Shown here: one piece after another, positions 14,201 through 27,526 of the stretch | How the letters are laid out: each line of letters begins with the position of its first letter | How positions within the stretch are numbered: position 1 is the stretch's first letter | Assembly: GCF_964355755.1 (NCBI RefSeq) | Contig: NC_092680.1 | Coordinates: 18,919,045-18,983,044 of the forward strand | Reading direction: 5' to 3' | DNA from: Antedon mediterranea | Taxonomy: Eukaryota; Animalia; Echinodermata | DNA length: 64,000 nt | The notes under the pieces: generated by a model | Database searches by the model: none | What the model was told of the DNA's origin: nothing | What the model saw: only the letters and a program-made list of their open reading frames with translations | Translations under genes and position numbers: made by a program

Positions 14201-17200
14201 AATTTCACAGACAATGCTGATACTTTCTCTAAATTGACAATGGACCGTTGATTATAACACGGGTGTAGTAAAAAACTAATCAGGCAGAAACAGCACAGAG
14301 TTTCCGTGTGTGGAAATGGGTTAATAAACACAAATATGTGATTGAGAAAATTAACAATAACGCACTACTGTATGTTTGTGAATTTCTACAGAAATAAGTC
14401 AGAATTATGTTTTTTTAATATGTCATTGTCATATTTAAAAGATAGGATCTCAATGTTTAATATTGTACCTGAAGTGTGCTATTAAAAACTTGTGTTACAT
14501 GCTCAATGACAATTATCCTGTATTGTCTTGAAATAAGAACAATAGTGTGCGTGAAGGTCGTGTGCTCTTATGTTACTTGACTAATCGATAAATAAGTTCC
14601 TAAACTTGGAAGAGTAAATTTAAAAACGGATTGATCTAAAATTACTATTATTTTCAGATTGGACCACTTTAGCTGAATATTCATATTGTATACAATACTT
14701 GCTGTGAAAACAAGATATTAAATGTATGGTTAATGGTTATTCAAGCTTTTCTAATATAATTCTATCAGACAGAATGATTGACAGACTTCTACATTCTGCA
14801 AATTAAACAACTGTGAAAATATTACATTTTCAAATCACAAGCAATGAACAAGAACTGATATATAACCTCACTGCTATACAAAACAATAATTGCTTTGTAG
14901 TTTTCAATGCCTATTTGATGAACTTTTAATGAAGTCAATAAAATGGTAAAAGCAACACCATAACTAGCCCTGAAGTGATGGACATCTGTGAAATTGCAGG
15001 GTGTTGATCGATGCGATGGAATTGCTTCCCCGTCTGCAAATCAATTCCGATAATTTACCGATCGTTTATTTTGCGCTTTCTCGTTAACGCCTCACTTCAC
15101 AATGTAATCGTTCATCGTATGAATTATTGTTATTGATTATATAAATATTATTTTAGCAGTTGTAAGTTATCACAAAAGGCATAAAGATGCCGAACTAATT
15201 CATGCACCTTTAAATTAAAATTCAATTGTTGATCGTTAAATAATAATTTTGAAATAAGCATTTATTAAGTTGTAGACGTACCATTTTAATTATTATTTAA
15301 CTCCTGTACTGTACTGTATATCATAACATGACAAGACAATAAGGTTAAAAATTTAAATTAGGATACCGTAGAACTTATACTGTATCAGCAGTTAAGGATT
15401 TAGGCTGGATTTAATATCATGTGGCCCACCACAATCTGTACATAAAGGTATTGTACTATAATACCTATCATAAGTTTATAATGGGAATAACATTACCTGG
15501 TCTAAACAATTCATCTTCTGTAGCATTCATACCCCCAGGAGGTAGGCAACATAACCTGCACTTTGTTTTCCAGGGGGCAGGAGTTGACATTCATCACAGA
15601 GTCAACATCAATCATGAGTGTAGCATACACAGGTCCAGTAAACAATACCACCTTGGGCTAACTAAAACCATCACTTGTATGTAATTAATTTCCTCCAAGT
15701 TCAGTTAATAAAATGTGTTTTTTAGATGTTCCACCATGTGTTAGCAGTAGGCTTTCAGTACCTATCTGTTTTGCCAGATCCAAGCACTTTTTAGTTTGAC
15801 CCAGAAAATGTTTAGAGTTTAAAATAGTTAAAAGAAATTTAATTATTTGGACATTATACTATAGTATGAAAATTAAGTAAAATGAACAGGCAAGAGACTT
15901 TGTGGCTAGAAATAAATCAAAAGTAATACAAGTTTATAAATTATAATAAAACATATTAATGTGATTTGAAATTTTATATTTAAGAGAAGCAAAAGAATGT
16001 TAAAATGTTTTTAGTTTAAAAAAAAAATAGCTCCGAAACATTCATTTTTATACAATATCTGAAAAAAAAAAAAAAATGAATGCGAATACTGTGGCCAAAA
16101 TTATTTGTACAGTATTACTGTTACTGTATTCTTAAAACTGAATTCTAAAAAAAAAAGGAGAAAAACTGGACATTTGAAAAACTGGACATTGTGCAATAGA
16201 TTGTGGGCCATGGTACTGTACTACTGTATACAATTGTCTGGACAGTACCTGTAGCTTTTCTAAACTCTGATCATGTCATTTGGAACAAAATCCAAAAATA
16301 GATTATGGTAAATCTTTACTCGGACAGCCTTTACTAGTTTGAACAATGGTATTATAGATTATCTATCATTAGCTAACGTCAATACAAAACAAGTTAAGGG
16401 GCATTTTTTAATCCAATGTTTGAAGTCTTAAAAGATTTTAACTGCATACTGATTCTATAATAGTTAGGATTGAATGTTTAGAATATATATTACGATTTTT
16501 ATAGAAGACTTTATCTATCTGGTAATACTGTTCATGTACACGTTTCCCAAACAAAGTATTTTGTTAATTATTTGCCACCCTTGGTCATTATACGCTGTAT
16601 CAACTGCTTTGTGCTGATGTTTAATCCTATACCCTAGATTATTTAAATCAAACTTGACAATTATCGTTAGAATTTTAGTTCCCATCAGAAAACCTTGGGT
16701 GTTGTGAGTAGTGAACCAGCAGAAATATTTAACTCAAACAAACCTGTGAGATTTTTAATTAAACACTTTTGGATTAATTGATCTTGTGGTGAAAAGAGGA
16801 GAGTAAACATCAACAGAGGTTTATTCAATGTTGACGTTGCCAATCATTATGAGCATATGTTTGTTGAATGTGCATGTATCCTTGAGAAATTTATTTTCCA
16901 GATTAAAAAAGAAACTGTACATAAATAAACAGTACAAATTTCAAATGGCAGTCCAATAGCAATTTAACATTAATTAAATATGTATTGTGCCCCCAAAACA
17001 TGAAAAATTAAGATTAATTAAACCAGACTTTGAATAGGTTATTTTGTAGGTTTAATACAGTTAATAATATTTTTTTCAGGACTTGTTACTTGTTTGCATA
17101 GCTATCCCCATTATTAGGGACATTTCGCCGTCATTGACATTATGTTGACATAGCACAACAATAAGAGACGTTAATTTTGATGAGAAGGTCATGGAACACT

Positions 17201-17579
17201 AATTAATTTTAAAAACAACTAAAAACCTGGGACCTGTAACCCTTGGTAGGGACCCTTATGGGTACTCTCCCTCAGGGTCAAAGGGATCCCGAAACTCATC
17301 GGTGGGCAGGGGCGCTCATCTCCCTGTTCAGGACTATTCCTGACGCTACATCTATAATGCCTAAATGTTTAGTAATTTCACTTTGTCATCCATTATTTTT
17401 CTTTTAAATGGTATGGAATTTGATGTTTATTAGAGTAAACAGTAAATTTAATGTTACATACAATAATAAACTTTGCTATCTTGCACACAATCAATTTAGG
17501 ACAGTAAGAATATTTATTGCAATTTCATGAGTCAGTTGATGCAAAAAATGTTTATATATTTTTTGTTTGTTACTTTCAG

Positions 17580-19799
17580 ATGATGGAAAACCGAGAAAAC
17601 AGTCTAGATCGAGAACTAATAGGGCACCTACAACATGTGCAGTTTGGTGGACAACATGAATTTAATAAGATACATCAATGGGAAGATTTCGGCAATGAAA
17701 GAAAGGATTGTGTAAATGGAACGGACATGAGGAACAAAGGCCCTTCTCCTTGTAACAGTCAAGCAAGTTTAGGATACCATAGCTTACCTAGTTCACAGTG
17801 TGGAAGCCGGCCTAGCTCAAATCCTGACTACATTGTTGATTATGGTACCTCTACTTCCTCTTATGAACAATCAACTACTTATCTGGACTCGCCGTTGGCC
17901 AATTCGAGTGACATTTGCTGGAGGCATAACACTTCTAGCCAATCAATGGACACGTCTGTGAGAGAAATAAATAAAGGACATAATAATAAAGAGTCTATCA
18001 GAAAATCCATTGACATGGAGTGGAGACAATGGTGCCATCAACAACAACAACATTTAAAACAAAATGCATTTACCAGTGGTCAAAGCAATGGTCACCAAAG
18101 CAATGGTCATCATAGAAGTGGTCACCATAGCAATGGTATACAAATACAAGTTGGTATGCATCCTAAAAGGACTACCAAGCAACATAACCAATTTTTACAT
18201 TTTAATGGCATCCGGCAAAATGATGAACGCTGGATACCAAATGGACATCATAAGCCAACTCATTGCGAGTTACATCACCAACGTTACGAGGAGCCTATGA
18301 GGGCAGTAGACATGCTTTCTAAATCGTTCAACAATCAATTTAGAACATGTCTACCCACAGAAGATCCAATATACGAAGAGATTACTGAGCATAACATCAT
18401 TCGCTGTAACGAAGTGGACTTTGAAGAGATTGAAGGTCCAAATTTACCACCACGGCCAAAGAGTTGGACAAGCATGGTCAACCTACACCAAAAAAGTAAA
18501 GCACCGGTTTATTACCAAATAGAACCTAATGTGACCAATCAACACAATGGTAGTTGTTGTAAAATGCAACAAGACCATGGTAATCGTAGGAAACCAAGTC
18601 GTGGTGTCTGCACAAATACACCCTCTTCTGATCTTTACAATCAGAACGATGTTAGCTCAATAAATCTTCCTTATTTTCCATACATAAACAGACTTTTCCA
18701 AGAAGATTCGGACATTTCTGAGAGTAACAACATTTCTAAAGGAAATGAAAAAGACATTAAAATGAATGAGAAAAAATCTGGAAAAATTGAAAAGTTTTTT
18801 GGTTCACTCTTGAGTTTGAACAAAAGTAAAGGAGTGAAGAATATGGGTACAAGTACAGATGAAAAAACAAAGGAAGAAAGTAATGTGGAGAAACATAGAA
18901 AGCTACGGAGGACTGTATCCGAATCTTGTAACATTTACTCAAGAGGAAAAGGAAATACTCCTACTTATGAAGATGATATGTGCAATTTATTAAAAGAAAT
19001 TCAATTTAATATGAAAGAAATTGATCATAATTCAAAGAAATTAAATCAAAACCCTAAAGACAAAAAAATAAAAAACTCTGAAATAAAAAATGACAGACAC
19101 AGAGAAAGGAGAAACTCCAGACGTGATAGTAAAACTAGTCATAAAACATGTGAGGACAAATCGGAAAGAACGCAAAACAACAAAAAACTTAAATCTGGAA
19201 CAGCTCCATCACCACATCATTATCCGAGGAATTCATCATCAGACTTAAGGCAATCAGGTAGTGCCCACAGCGTTAATCAACAAGCTATAAAGACTGTTTT
19301 AACTGACAGCCGGTCAAAAGTTTGCAATTCAACCCCTGAAAACAGCCATAATAAATCACAGTGCAGTAACAGTCATCGTAAAAGCACTTCCAGCAGACCA
19401 GCCATGGGCGTGCAGGCTCTGTTAACAAGATCCAGTAATTACAGTAGTCCGGAAACAACTCTTAATAGATCTACCGATACTGTCGAAGAAAACAACTCTG
19501 TTGAAGTTGATGACTCGTTTCAACGAAGACTATCGCACGAAAGAGTCGGCAGTCGATTGAGCTTTGTGTATGATTACAGCGAAGGATCGGATTCGGAAGA
19601 TGTTAATGCTGACATGATCGCTTTGTCTGGTTACGTGAGTGAATCGTATGCGCAGGGTCTAGCTAGTGGAGAGGACAATGAGAATTGGATAGATGGAGAT
19701 CAAGTTTATGGTGTAACACTTGCTAAACCACTATTTAGAAATAATGTAGTAGCAATGGCGAAACGAAGAAAACTCATTGAAAAAGTCACAGAATTGTAA
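17580..19799 (+). CDS. Large coding exon of an uncharacterised, mostly intrinsically disordered protein (~739 aa) with SH2/SH3/PDZ ligand-like motifs
   Basis: 2.2-kb stop-free frame in otherwise stop-rich AT-rich DNA. Polypyrimidine tract plus tttcAG acceptor at 17578-17579 is directly followed by ATG ATG (MMENREN...), so the ORF-track N-terminal 21 aa are intronic. TAA at 19797-19799; AATAAA at 19845-19850. The protein is S/N/H/K/Q-rich and contains EDPIYEEI, PNLPPRPK and C-terminal KVTEL. Confidence 0.85.
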   Translation: MMENRENSLDRELIGHLQHVQFGGQHEFNKIHQWEDFGNERKDCVNGTDMRNKGPSPCNSQASLGYHSLPSSQCGSRPSSNPDYIVDYGTSTSSYEQSTTYLDSPLANSSDICWRHNTSSQSMDTSVREINKGHNNKESIRKSIDMEWRQWCHQQQQHLKQNAFTSGQSNGHQSNGHHRSGHHSNGIQIQVGMHPKRTTKQHNQFLHFNGIRQNDERWIPNGHHKPTHCELHHQRYEEPMRAVDMLSKSFNNQFRTCLPTEDPIYEEITEHNIIRCNEVDFEEIEGPNLPPRPKSWTSMVNLHQKSKAPVYYQIEPNVTNQHNGSCCKMQQDHGNRRKPSRGVCTNTPSSDLYNQNDVSSINLPYFPYINRLFQEDSDISESNNISKGNEKDIKMNEKKSGKIEKFFGSLLSLNKSKGVKNMGTSTDEKTKEESNVEKHRKLRRTVSESCNIYSRGKGNTPTYEDDMCNLLKEIQFNMKEIDHNSKKLNQNPKDKKIKNSEIKNDRHRERRNSRRDSKTSHKTCEDKSERTQNNKKLKSGTAPSPHHYPRNSSSDLRQSGSAHSVNQQAIKTVLTDSRSKVCNSTPENSHNKSQCSNSHRKSTSSRPAMGVQALLTRSSNYSSPETTLNRSTDTVEENNSVEVDDSFQRRLSHERVGSRLSFVYDYSEGSDSEDVNADMIALSGYVSESYAQGLASGEDNENWIDGDQVYGVTLAKPLFRNNVVAMAKRRKLIEKVTEL

Positions 19800-19867
19800 A
19801 AATGTATTTAAGCTATTTAAAAACATTGTACTGTACATTAAAAAAATAAATGGCTATGGTCATACTA

Positions 19868-19986
19868 CAGCCTCAAGCCTGGCGTGACTCACCATGATCG
19901 AGATTTCAAGCCAGGTGCGAGTCAATCCACATTTGATGACACTACCAAAATCTTGATCGCGGTGAGTCGTGGCAGGCTTGAGGCTG
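19868..19986. mobile_element. Palindromic MITE just downstream of the large ORF
   Basis: ~40-bp inverted repeats cagcctcaagcctggcgtgactcaccatgatcgagattt / aaatcttgatcgcggtgagtcgtggcaggcttgaggctg. Confidence 0.7.
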
Positions 19987-21341
19987 TGCGCCTATAACAT
20001 TATACTGTAGTAAACTGAATCTTGGCTAAGTGAATAATTTTCTATTTAAAAAATACATCAAATTGCAAACTAAATTTATCGGGTCAATTGTGATAACTTT
20101 CTTTCTATAAACTATGGCATTATGAATATCATAAGAATCTGTTTTGACATTTTAACTGACAGACCATAGATCATGAGGGCATTACTTTGTCTTATCATGG
20201 ATTAATTGAGGGGATTAAAATATTAATAATACTATATTTGATTGAATTCTTTGGTACAAAAAATTACATTAAATGCAGGACTACTAGCACTACTACTAGT
20301 ATTACTGGTATATCAATTTATCATAAAATGTATCACAGGTATTTTTTGGGGAATAAAACTGAAATATCCATTTAAAAAAAAAAAAACATCAAATATTATT
20401 ACAAATTGCCAATGTTTTCATTATAATTTCAGTTATAATACATCATTTTCTCTTGGAATTAGAGTATGCTATAACAACAAATATTAAATTTGTTTTTTAG
20501 TGATAAAAGCAAGAGTTGTATCACAATGATATAGTTGTTTCTAACAATAAAGACATTTATGATATAATCACCTTAAGCTTTTATGGATTATCTAGGATTA
20601 GGATTAGCATTAATAAGGATAATACTGCAACAATTGTTGGATTACCATACATTTCATAATCATTTTTTTTATATAGGATATTTATATACTGTAGGTCGGC
20701 TATGGAATTGAATCCAATTCCTCTACTGATAAATTCATTGCACTCCTGTAACCTGGATGTTTTTTTAGAGGTTCAGGTGAACATTTTCCCTTCCCATTTC
20801 AGCGACAAAATCCTCTACTATACCCCACCTCACTCTCACCCACCTACCACTGCATTTAGAACCTCGATTTACCTAGTTACAGGCTTTGAATTAACTTTAA
20901 AATTTGTGGAAACATTTTAATATTTAGTTATATAACGTTTAATCAATGTTATTTGTAAAAATGTAAATTTAATATCTAAATTCTTATTGTTGTCTATTGA
21001 ATTTATAATTAGGAAATTAGAACTACTACATTAAGTAATGAGGTTGATGCTTTTGATAATTTTCTGAGAATAAATTATCTGAAACTAAATTGACATGTTT
21101 TATGAATTTTGTTTTGTAAGTACTGTCTCACACACATAAGCCCACTCTGGAGTATAAATGCACTTGAAATTGAAGAGGGACACATTTACTGACTATCAAA
21201 CATGATAAAGAGGTGATGATTATGACAATAATGATAGTGAATGATGATGACAATTTAATGACAATCATTTGATAATGGTATGGTAATTATTATGATGGTG
21301 CTGGTGACAATAATGACGATGACAAGATGGTAACGATGATA

Positions 21342-21483
21342 CAGTAGACCAACTTCCTCTTTGGGACACTATCTTATGACTTACATGATTGCAAATACAT
21401 ATTTTAACACCGCGCCTAACCCTTACTCAGGGTACAGCACTTATTAGGGTCCCGAAGGGGTCCCCTTAGTAGAGGTTCTACTG
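21342..21483. mobile_element. Tc1/mariner (pogo-type) MITE
   Basis: TA-cagtaga...tctactg-TA termini, with internal gggacac/gtcccc motifs. Confidence 0.65.
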
Positions 21484-21785
21484 TAAGTGTAAATGTAAGG
21501 AAAAAGAATGTATTCTACTGTGCTGAATTGCACACAGATGTGGATGAGCCTTACAAGGGCTCCTTTGTGTAGCTGATGGCCAGTGCTCATTTGTCTGTCA
21601 ACAATGACAGGGGATGCAATTTAACTAAAATGAACTATTGCACCAGGATAACCATTTTTATTATTCAGAAAGATGCAGTGGAAAGCAGATAAGTATATAT
21701 ATAATAAGGAAGGCTTAATTTATATAGGATGCAGTGCTTCTTTAACTAAGTACTATACTACTTGATGACAAGGTTTCAAATATAA

Positions 21786-21886
21786 AGCTCTGTCTACACT
21801 ATCAAACTAGTTTGACAAAAAAATATGTGTCCATATATGGGCACATCACATTTTGTCACATAAAGTGTGATAGTGTAGACAGAGCT
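21786..21886. mobile_element. MITE family A, internally deleted copy
   Basis: Near-perfect TIRs and TAA TSD on both sides; 101 bp. Confidence 0.85.
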
Positions 21887-24662
21887 TAAGCATAAAGGAA
21901 TACCTATGCACTGAAATGTAAGATTTGCAGAATCCTCTTTTCTGGCCGAAAATTAGTATATAATTAAATGGCACATTTACAAAACCTGACGATTTGGGGA
22001 CATGAAAAAAAAGTTTTTTTATGGCTATATCCGTCTGGATATTGTGGGGCTTCGGAGAGGTTTAAGTGTAATCAATTTTTTAATTCTCTGGTACCAGCGC
22101 TTAAAACATAGAAATAACATTTTCATGTTTATGTAACTGATTATACAACAGTATAGATGTCATAAATTTCAATAACCGATTCAAAAATAAAGAATTTTGA
22201 TGAATGCCAAATAACTTTTTATCACTGTGCAGTTTTTTTCAAAAACGTACCTTTATCGTAAAATGTTAGTTTATTATTATTATGTTGTCATAATTTACAA
22301 TTACAGGTACCTTTCTCTTCACTGCTGTTGAAAATTAATAATGATTGATATCTAGAATATTACTTGCTAGACTAGATCTGAGACTCCACCAAGACCAGAC
22401 CAGTGACTCCAGTTAGAAGCTACACCGACATTGATTAATGTTTATAGTGTTATTACGACATCAACATAGTCGTTAATATATTTCATGTGTTCATTAAATG
22501 AATCATAAAATATACTTCCACTCGAATTAAAGACAATATTTGGGCATTTATGGTTTGAATTGTTTTCTTTGTATGCAAATGAGATGGTAATTTTTGTACG
22601 TAAGCCTAATAATATTCATATATTATTAAAGTCTAGATAAATACTAACTGTATACAAAAGATTTCCCAAACTATTATGGTCCAGCCCAAGAGTATCCAGT
22701 TGACTACGCAACTCTACATCTCACTATGTCGGTCAGTTGGTCGGTAAACACTAACTCATATTTGAGCACGCAACTGCAGCAATGTATATGGCCTTGTTCA
22801 CTACCTCTCCTCTCCCCCTCCCCACCCCACAGGTTTGTGCACCTCAGTGAAAAATCCTCTTTTTGTTTGATAATTTTGGTTATGGACCTGCAAGATGAAA
22901 AAGGATCCCTTTTGTAATATCAAGAGTAATGGGATATGCATCTGTATGTACGCAAAAAGCTTGGTTCCCACAAGGACGTAAGTGCAACGCAAGTAATTTG
23001 ACCAATCACAAGTGATGGACTATTCACACTGTCGCTTGTCAATGGTGGAATCGCTTATATTAATGGTAAAAAATAAGTTAAGACCTATTGGACGAAAAAA
23101 GTTTTGTGACAGTGTAGTATTGGGATAGTTGAGTGTAATAAGGTTTCATGATTTGTACAAAGAACATTGTCAGGCTGAAAAAACAACACAATCTGAGCGT
23201 CATGAAACATGTACTTGCTCTGTGTTTATCTTTGCAAATGACGTAAATGAAGGTACATATGATCAATGATAATAACATGAACTTAGGGAGACTTACCTTG
23301 AAAATCTAAATGAAGAACCTTGGAACCTAATGTCTTCAATGCTCATATTCATATTCTACACATTCAATGTTAATAAACATTCATTAGACGGAGGACAACA
23401 TAAAGAAGAAACATCAATACCATTTGACCTAGAATTTAATCAAGGTGGACATTAAGTTTCTCTTTTAAGAGGTCAAACAAAATTAATTAGCCGTATGTGC
23501 CTCTTCCTTCATTACATGAACAAACTGATGATGAATAAATAGTTAACTGAATGCAACAGCAGAGGTAACGTTGATGCTAAATCCTGTAATTGGCGGGTAT
23601 CCACCCTGTAATTGGCGGGTTACTCGCTGTTGGATGAAATAAAATAAAATAAAATAAAATAAAATAAAACAACAAAAGAGAACATACAAAAATTCGATCA
23701 GAATATTATACCAGGGAGACCAACAACCAATGACCGAGTACTGAATACTGAATACTGAAATCCCTTATTTGTCCATCATCATCATAAAATAACAACATAA
23801 ATTCTTCTTGAAGATTGACAATTATTAGTACAATAATAAATAGATATACAATAAAATATATTATGTACACACACATAATTGCACCAAAAATATAAGTTAT
23901 GACTACACGGAATACAAATGACTAGGTATTAAAATTGAGAAGGATTCAGGAGATTAAAATAGTTTAAAACAGCTTTAAAAGGATTAAAAACAGCTTTAAA
24001 TGGATTCAAACCATTAGAATGTTCCTAAAACCTTTACAATTTATAAATTGCTAAAATTTCAAATAGGCTAAAATGTTTAAAACGAACGTTGAAAAAAAAA
24101 AAAAAAAAATAGTCCTATATTCACAATCCCACCAAGGACAAGGTTATGAAATTTGGTGAACATTAGGGGTGTTGGAGGAATAATACTAAGTATAACATCA
24201 TCAAACATTATGTGACAAAAAAATGATGACATCATACAAACTAGTAAGACAGAGCTGTAGATTATATCATACAGTATACACAGTACTACCAAACATGAAA
24301 CAAATAGGCCGAGTACATTATATTCTCATATTTTATTTTTCAGTCGCCATGAAATTTATTTAGTCATATTGAAAGACAATGGTGAAAATGATGAACTGAC
24401 AATTAATGCAAGTTTTATATTTGGAGTGAAAATTCTGCAAAAAAGCTGCCAACATTAGTTAAACCACACTAAATATTAGGTAAAGCAACTTTATAATTTT
24501 TTTTATATATGTAATATAATCCCACAAAAATTTAGCACTAATTTCTATAAATTATTTATAAAATACTAAAAGATGATATGATACATTCATAACAGAAGAG
24601 TAATGTTAATGTATTCCTTTAGATTTACCGAAGCCTATATCCAGCTGTCTAAAAAGATGTAC

Positions 24663-24822
24663 TACTCTGTCTACACTATCAAACTCTTTTGACTAAAAAA
24701 ATGTGATGTGCCCAAATATGGTAGTGATATGCCCAAATATGGTAGTGGTATGACATCATCATGTCCATATATGGGCACATCACATTTTTTGTCACATAAA
24801 GTTTGATAGTGTAGTCAGAGCT
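24663..24822. mobile_element. MITE family A copy
   Basis: TIRs and internal repeats, opposite orientation to the 7730 copy. Confidence 0.82.
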
Positions 24823-25581
24823 TTAGCAGCATAAAGAAATTTACTAAATATGTAGACCTATTCAATAGACAAAATGTTTAATTTGCTTTCTTCCATTAAT
24901 TAATGATACTGGGATGTATCATCAAATTCTTATTAACAATGAATTCACATGTGACATTCAAAGCAGATCACTACCATGGTTACGAAGATTTCAGAGTGGA
25001 TAGATGGTAATTAACTCAACCAATCAAGTTGTCAATGTCACGTAACATGATTGTTTGCTGGGATAATGAGGCAACACGAACTGAGAACAACGGCAGAATC
25101 AAAGAACAACGACTGGAAACCATGAAATACAACAATAGACGAATCTACTATTATTATAAATGAGACTTAATCAAGAGGAAAATATGAGTGAATAGTGAAA
25201 ATTAATAATTCATGTTCTTATATTTGTTATTTGCATTGCAGGTTGTATAATGGAGTATTATTAAAATCTTTTGTTGTCCGAGTTATTAATTTTTAATAGG
25301 AATTTAAACAATATATTGCCTTAGGGTCTGATGATGTTTATATCATTGCATTATAATTATTATAATAGAAATGAATAACAAATTGCATTGTAATTTTATG
25401 TGGTGCCAAAAATATTCCATTAAAAAAGTTTTTTGTTAGGATACAATTTTAAATTATGATAATAATAATTATGCGACTAGCAGTGTTGATGATTGTGATT
25501 ATAATGAATGTTATTTGCAATGTTTAAGTGATGACATTTTCTTTAAACAAATTGAGTATGAAATGCAAACTATTATCTTCT

Positions 25582-25745
25582 CAGGGTCGTAGCGAGAGGT
25601 TATAAACAGACGAGGCAAAGATGCTTAAAATGCTTTATTAATATAAAATATGACGATCTGCCCTGAGGAATTGGGGTGGATGGTGAAAATTGAAAATTTC
25701 ATATGAGACAAGCACCTCGTCTGCCTCATGCTCGCTACGGCCCTG
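25582..25745. mobile_element. MITE with CAGGG..CCCTG termini
   Basis: TIRs cagggtcgtagcgag / ctcgctacggccctg plus subterminal cagacgagg / cctcgtctg; flanked by a direct repeat CTTCT. Confidence 0.7.
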
Positions 25746-26625
25746 CTTCTCTACATTCTGAATGTGTGACATAACTAACGATGACTGAACATGTGATCTG
25801 CTATTTCAACGACATTTGTTTATCTGCCATTTCAAAGAAATTGGTCTAAAAAAAACATGGTAATCCTATAAAAATTATTATTGAAGATTACTCCATGCCA
25901 TGTTGAAAATATTTAACACTTATTTAAAAATTTTGTAAACAAAATAATTATCCACTGAAAAAGAAAACCAGACAAAATGGTTACCGATTGTAGGCCAGGT
26001 CATGTACATACACACCGACATGAATGATTGGCAGTTCGTTAATAACAAGCGATTAGCATTTTACATATAATACCATTATCCACACAGATAATGTTTTTTA
26101 TCATTACCTTTATTTGTTTCATTTTTAGAAGAATATCGGTTAATGAGATTTATAAATGGGTTAAATTTTGTTCAATATCTGTAATGACTTTAGTAGTAGT
26201 CATATGAATATATACAAAATATTCACATGTCTACTACTACTAGTTGTTAAATATCATTACTGAATATGGTAATTGATTAAAAAAAATATATCTAACATTT
26301 TTGAAAAACATTCTACAATTTTGCAGAAAATTTAAGTTTGACTATAGAAATTAAAATTTTCTGCAAAATATCTAAACTTGTTTTATGTACACATACAGTA
26401 TATAAAATAAACTGTGTAAGCAGCCCGTAAGCAGTATAAAGATAAGGAAATTATGACTTTAAAAATATGCAAAGCATCGGCGTAAGCTCAACACAGATAA
26501 TTTGACCAATCATGACACAACGTTTATCCAAACTGTTAGTTGTACCTTCTTCTTTGTGTCCTAGTGGGAACCAAGCTACACCATGACAATGTCCTCCCCA
26601 GTGCAAAACACATTCAAGACCTATA

Positions 26626-26776
26626 AGCTTTGTCTACACTATCAAACTAGTTTGACAAAAAAAAAGTGTGATGCGTCCAATTATGGTAGTGATATACCCA
26701 AATATGGTAGTGAAGTGACATCATCATGTCCATATATGGGCACATCACATTAGAGTTTGGTAGTGTACACAGAGCT
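26626..26776. mobile_element. MITE family A copy
   Basis: TIRs and internal repeats; explains the start of ORF 26726-27028. Confidence 0.8.
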
Positions 26777-27526
26777 TTAACTGCATTATGTAGGACACCA
26801 CAGAATTTCTCAGCCTACATTCAGTCCACTTTTCAACCTATAAAAAGCATCGTGTTTATAATCAGTTCGGCAATATCCATTGTTGCTCTCTTTACCGAAG
26901 CCTTTTCAAAACATAATTACATCACATTGTACAACAACCTTTTAACGACCCTCGTCATTAAAGAATATGTTACTGTTGCGCTCATCATGCAAAAAGCTCA
27001 TCAATTGTGTGTTAATAACTCTGGATGATATGGAGTAAACTCTTCAAGTTGAGCTAATGACCTGATTTGAGTGCTCCTGAGCCCCTTTCTCACAGATGTG
27101 CCTGCAATATACCGGTACAGTGCTGGCGTCGTGCCGGTATCGTTACCGGCATATACCCATTCTCATCGGACTATCGTGCCGGAAATATAACCGGTATATA
27201 CCGGCTTTCTGTGAGAAAGGAGTCGGGCATATTCGGCCAATAAAAAGTCTCTGACAAAATAATTATTGAGGGCGTCCTTTATTGTTATTATTTTTGTCTA
27301 GCGATGATATGGCGGCGAATGTTAAGTTACAGATTATTATCTTCCTTTATAGCATATTTATGCAATACATGCTATGTACAGTATATTGTGCATATATTAT
27401 ACAGGTATAGCAATTAATTTGCCGTCATCGGCAATCTGTAAAACACCTTAGAAGGCTGTAGGCCTACAATTTACAAGGCGACGAAAGGTCAGGCACCAAC
27501 AAACAAAGAGCTAATAATGGCCTAGC

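Noticed and set aside
15421-15684. 87-aa plus-strand ORF upstream of the large exon
   Set aside because: GTG start, no clear flanking splice signals and no recognisable protein motif.
17517-17579. ORF-track N-terminus MQFHESVDAKNVYIFFVCYFQ
   Set aside because: Starts at TTG and covers the polypyrimidine tract and AG acceptor; intronic.
18064-18942. Overlapping short ORFs in other frames/strand of the large exon
   Set aside because: Shadow ORFs of the real coding exon.
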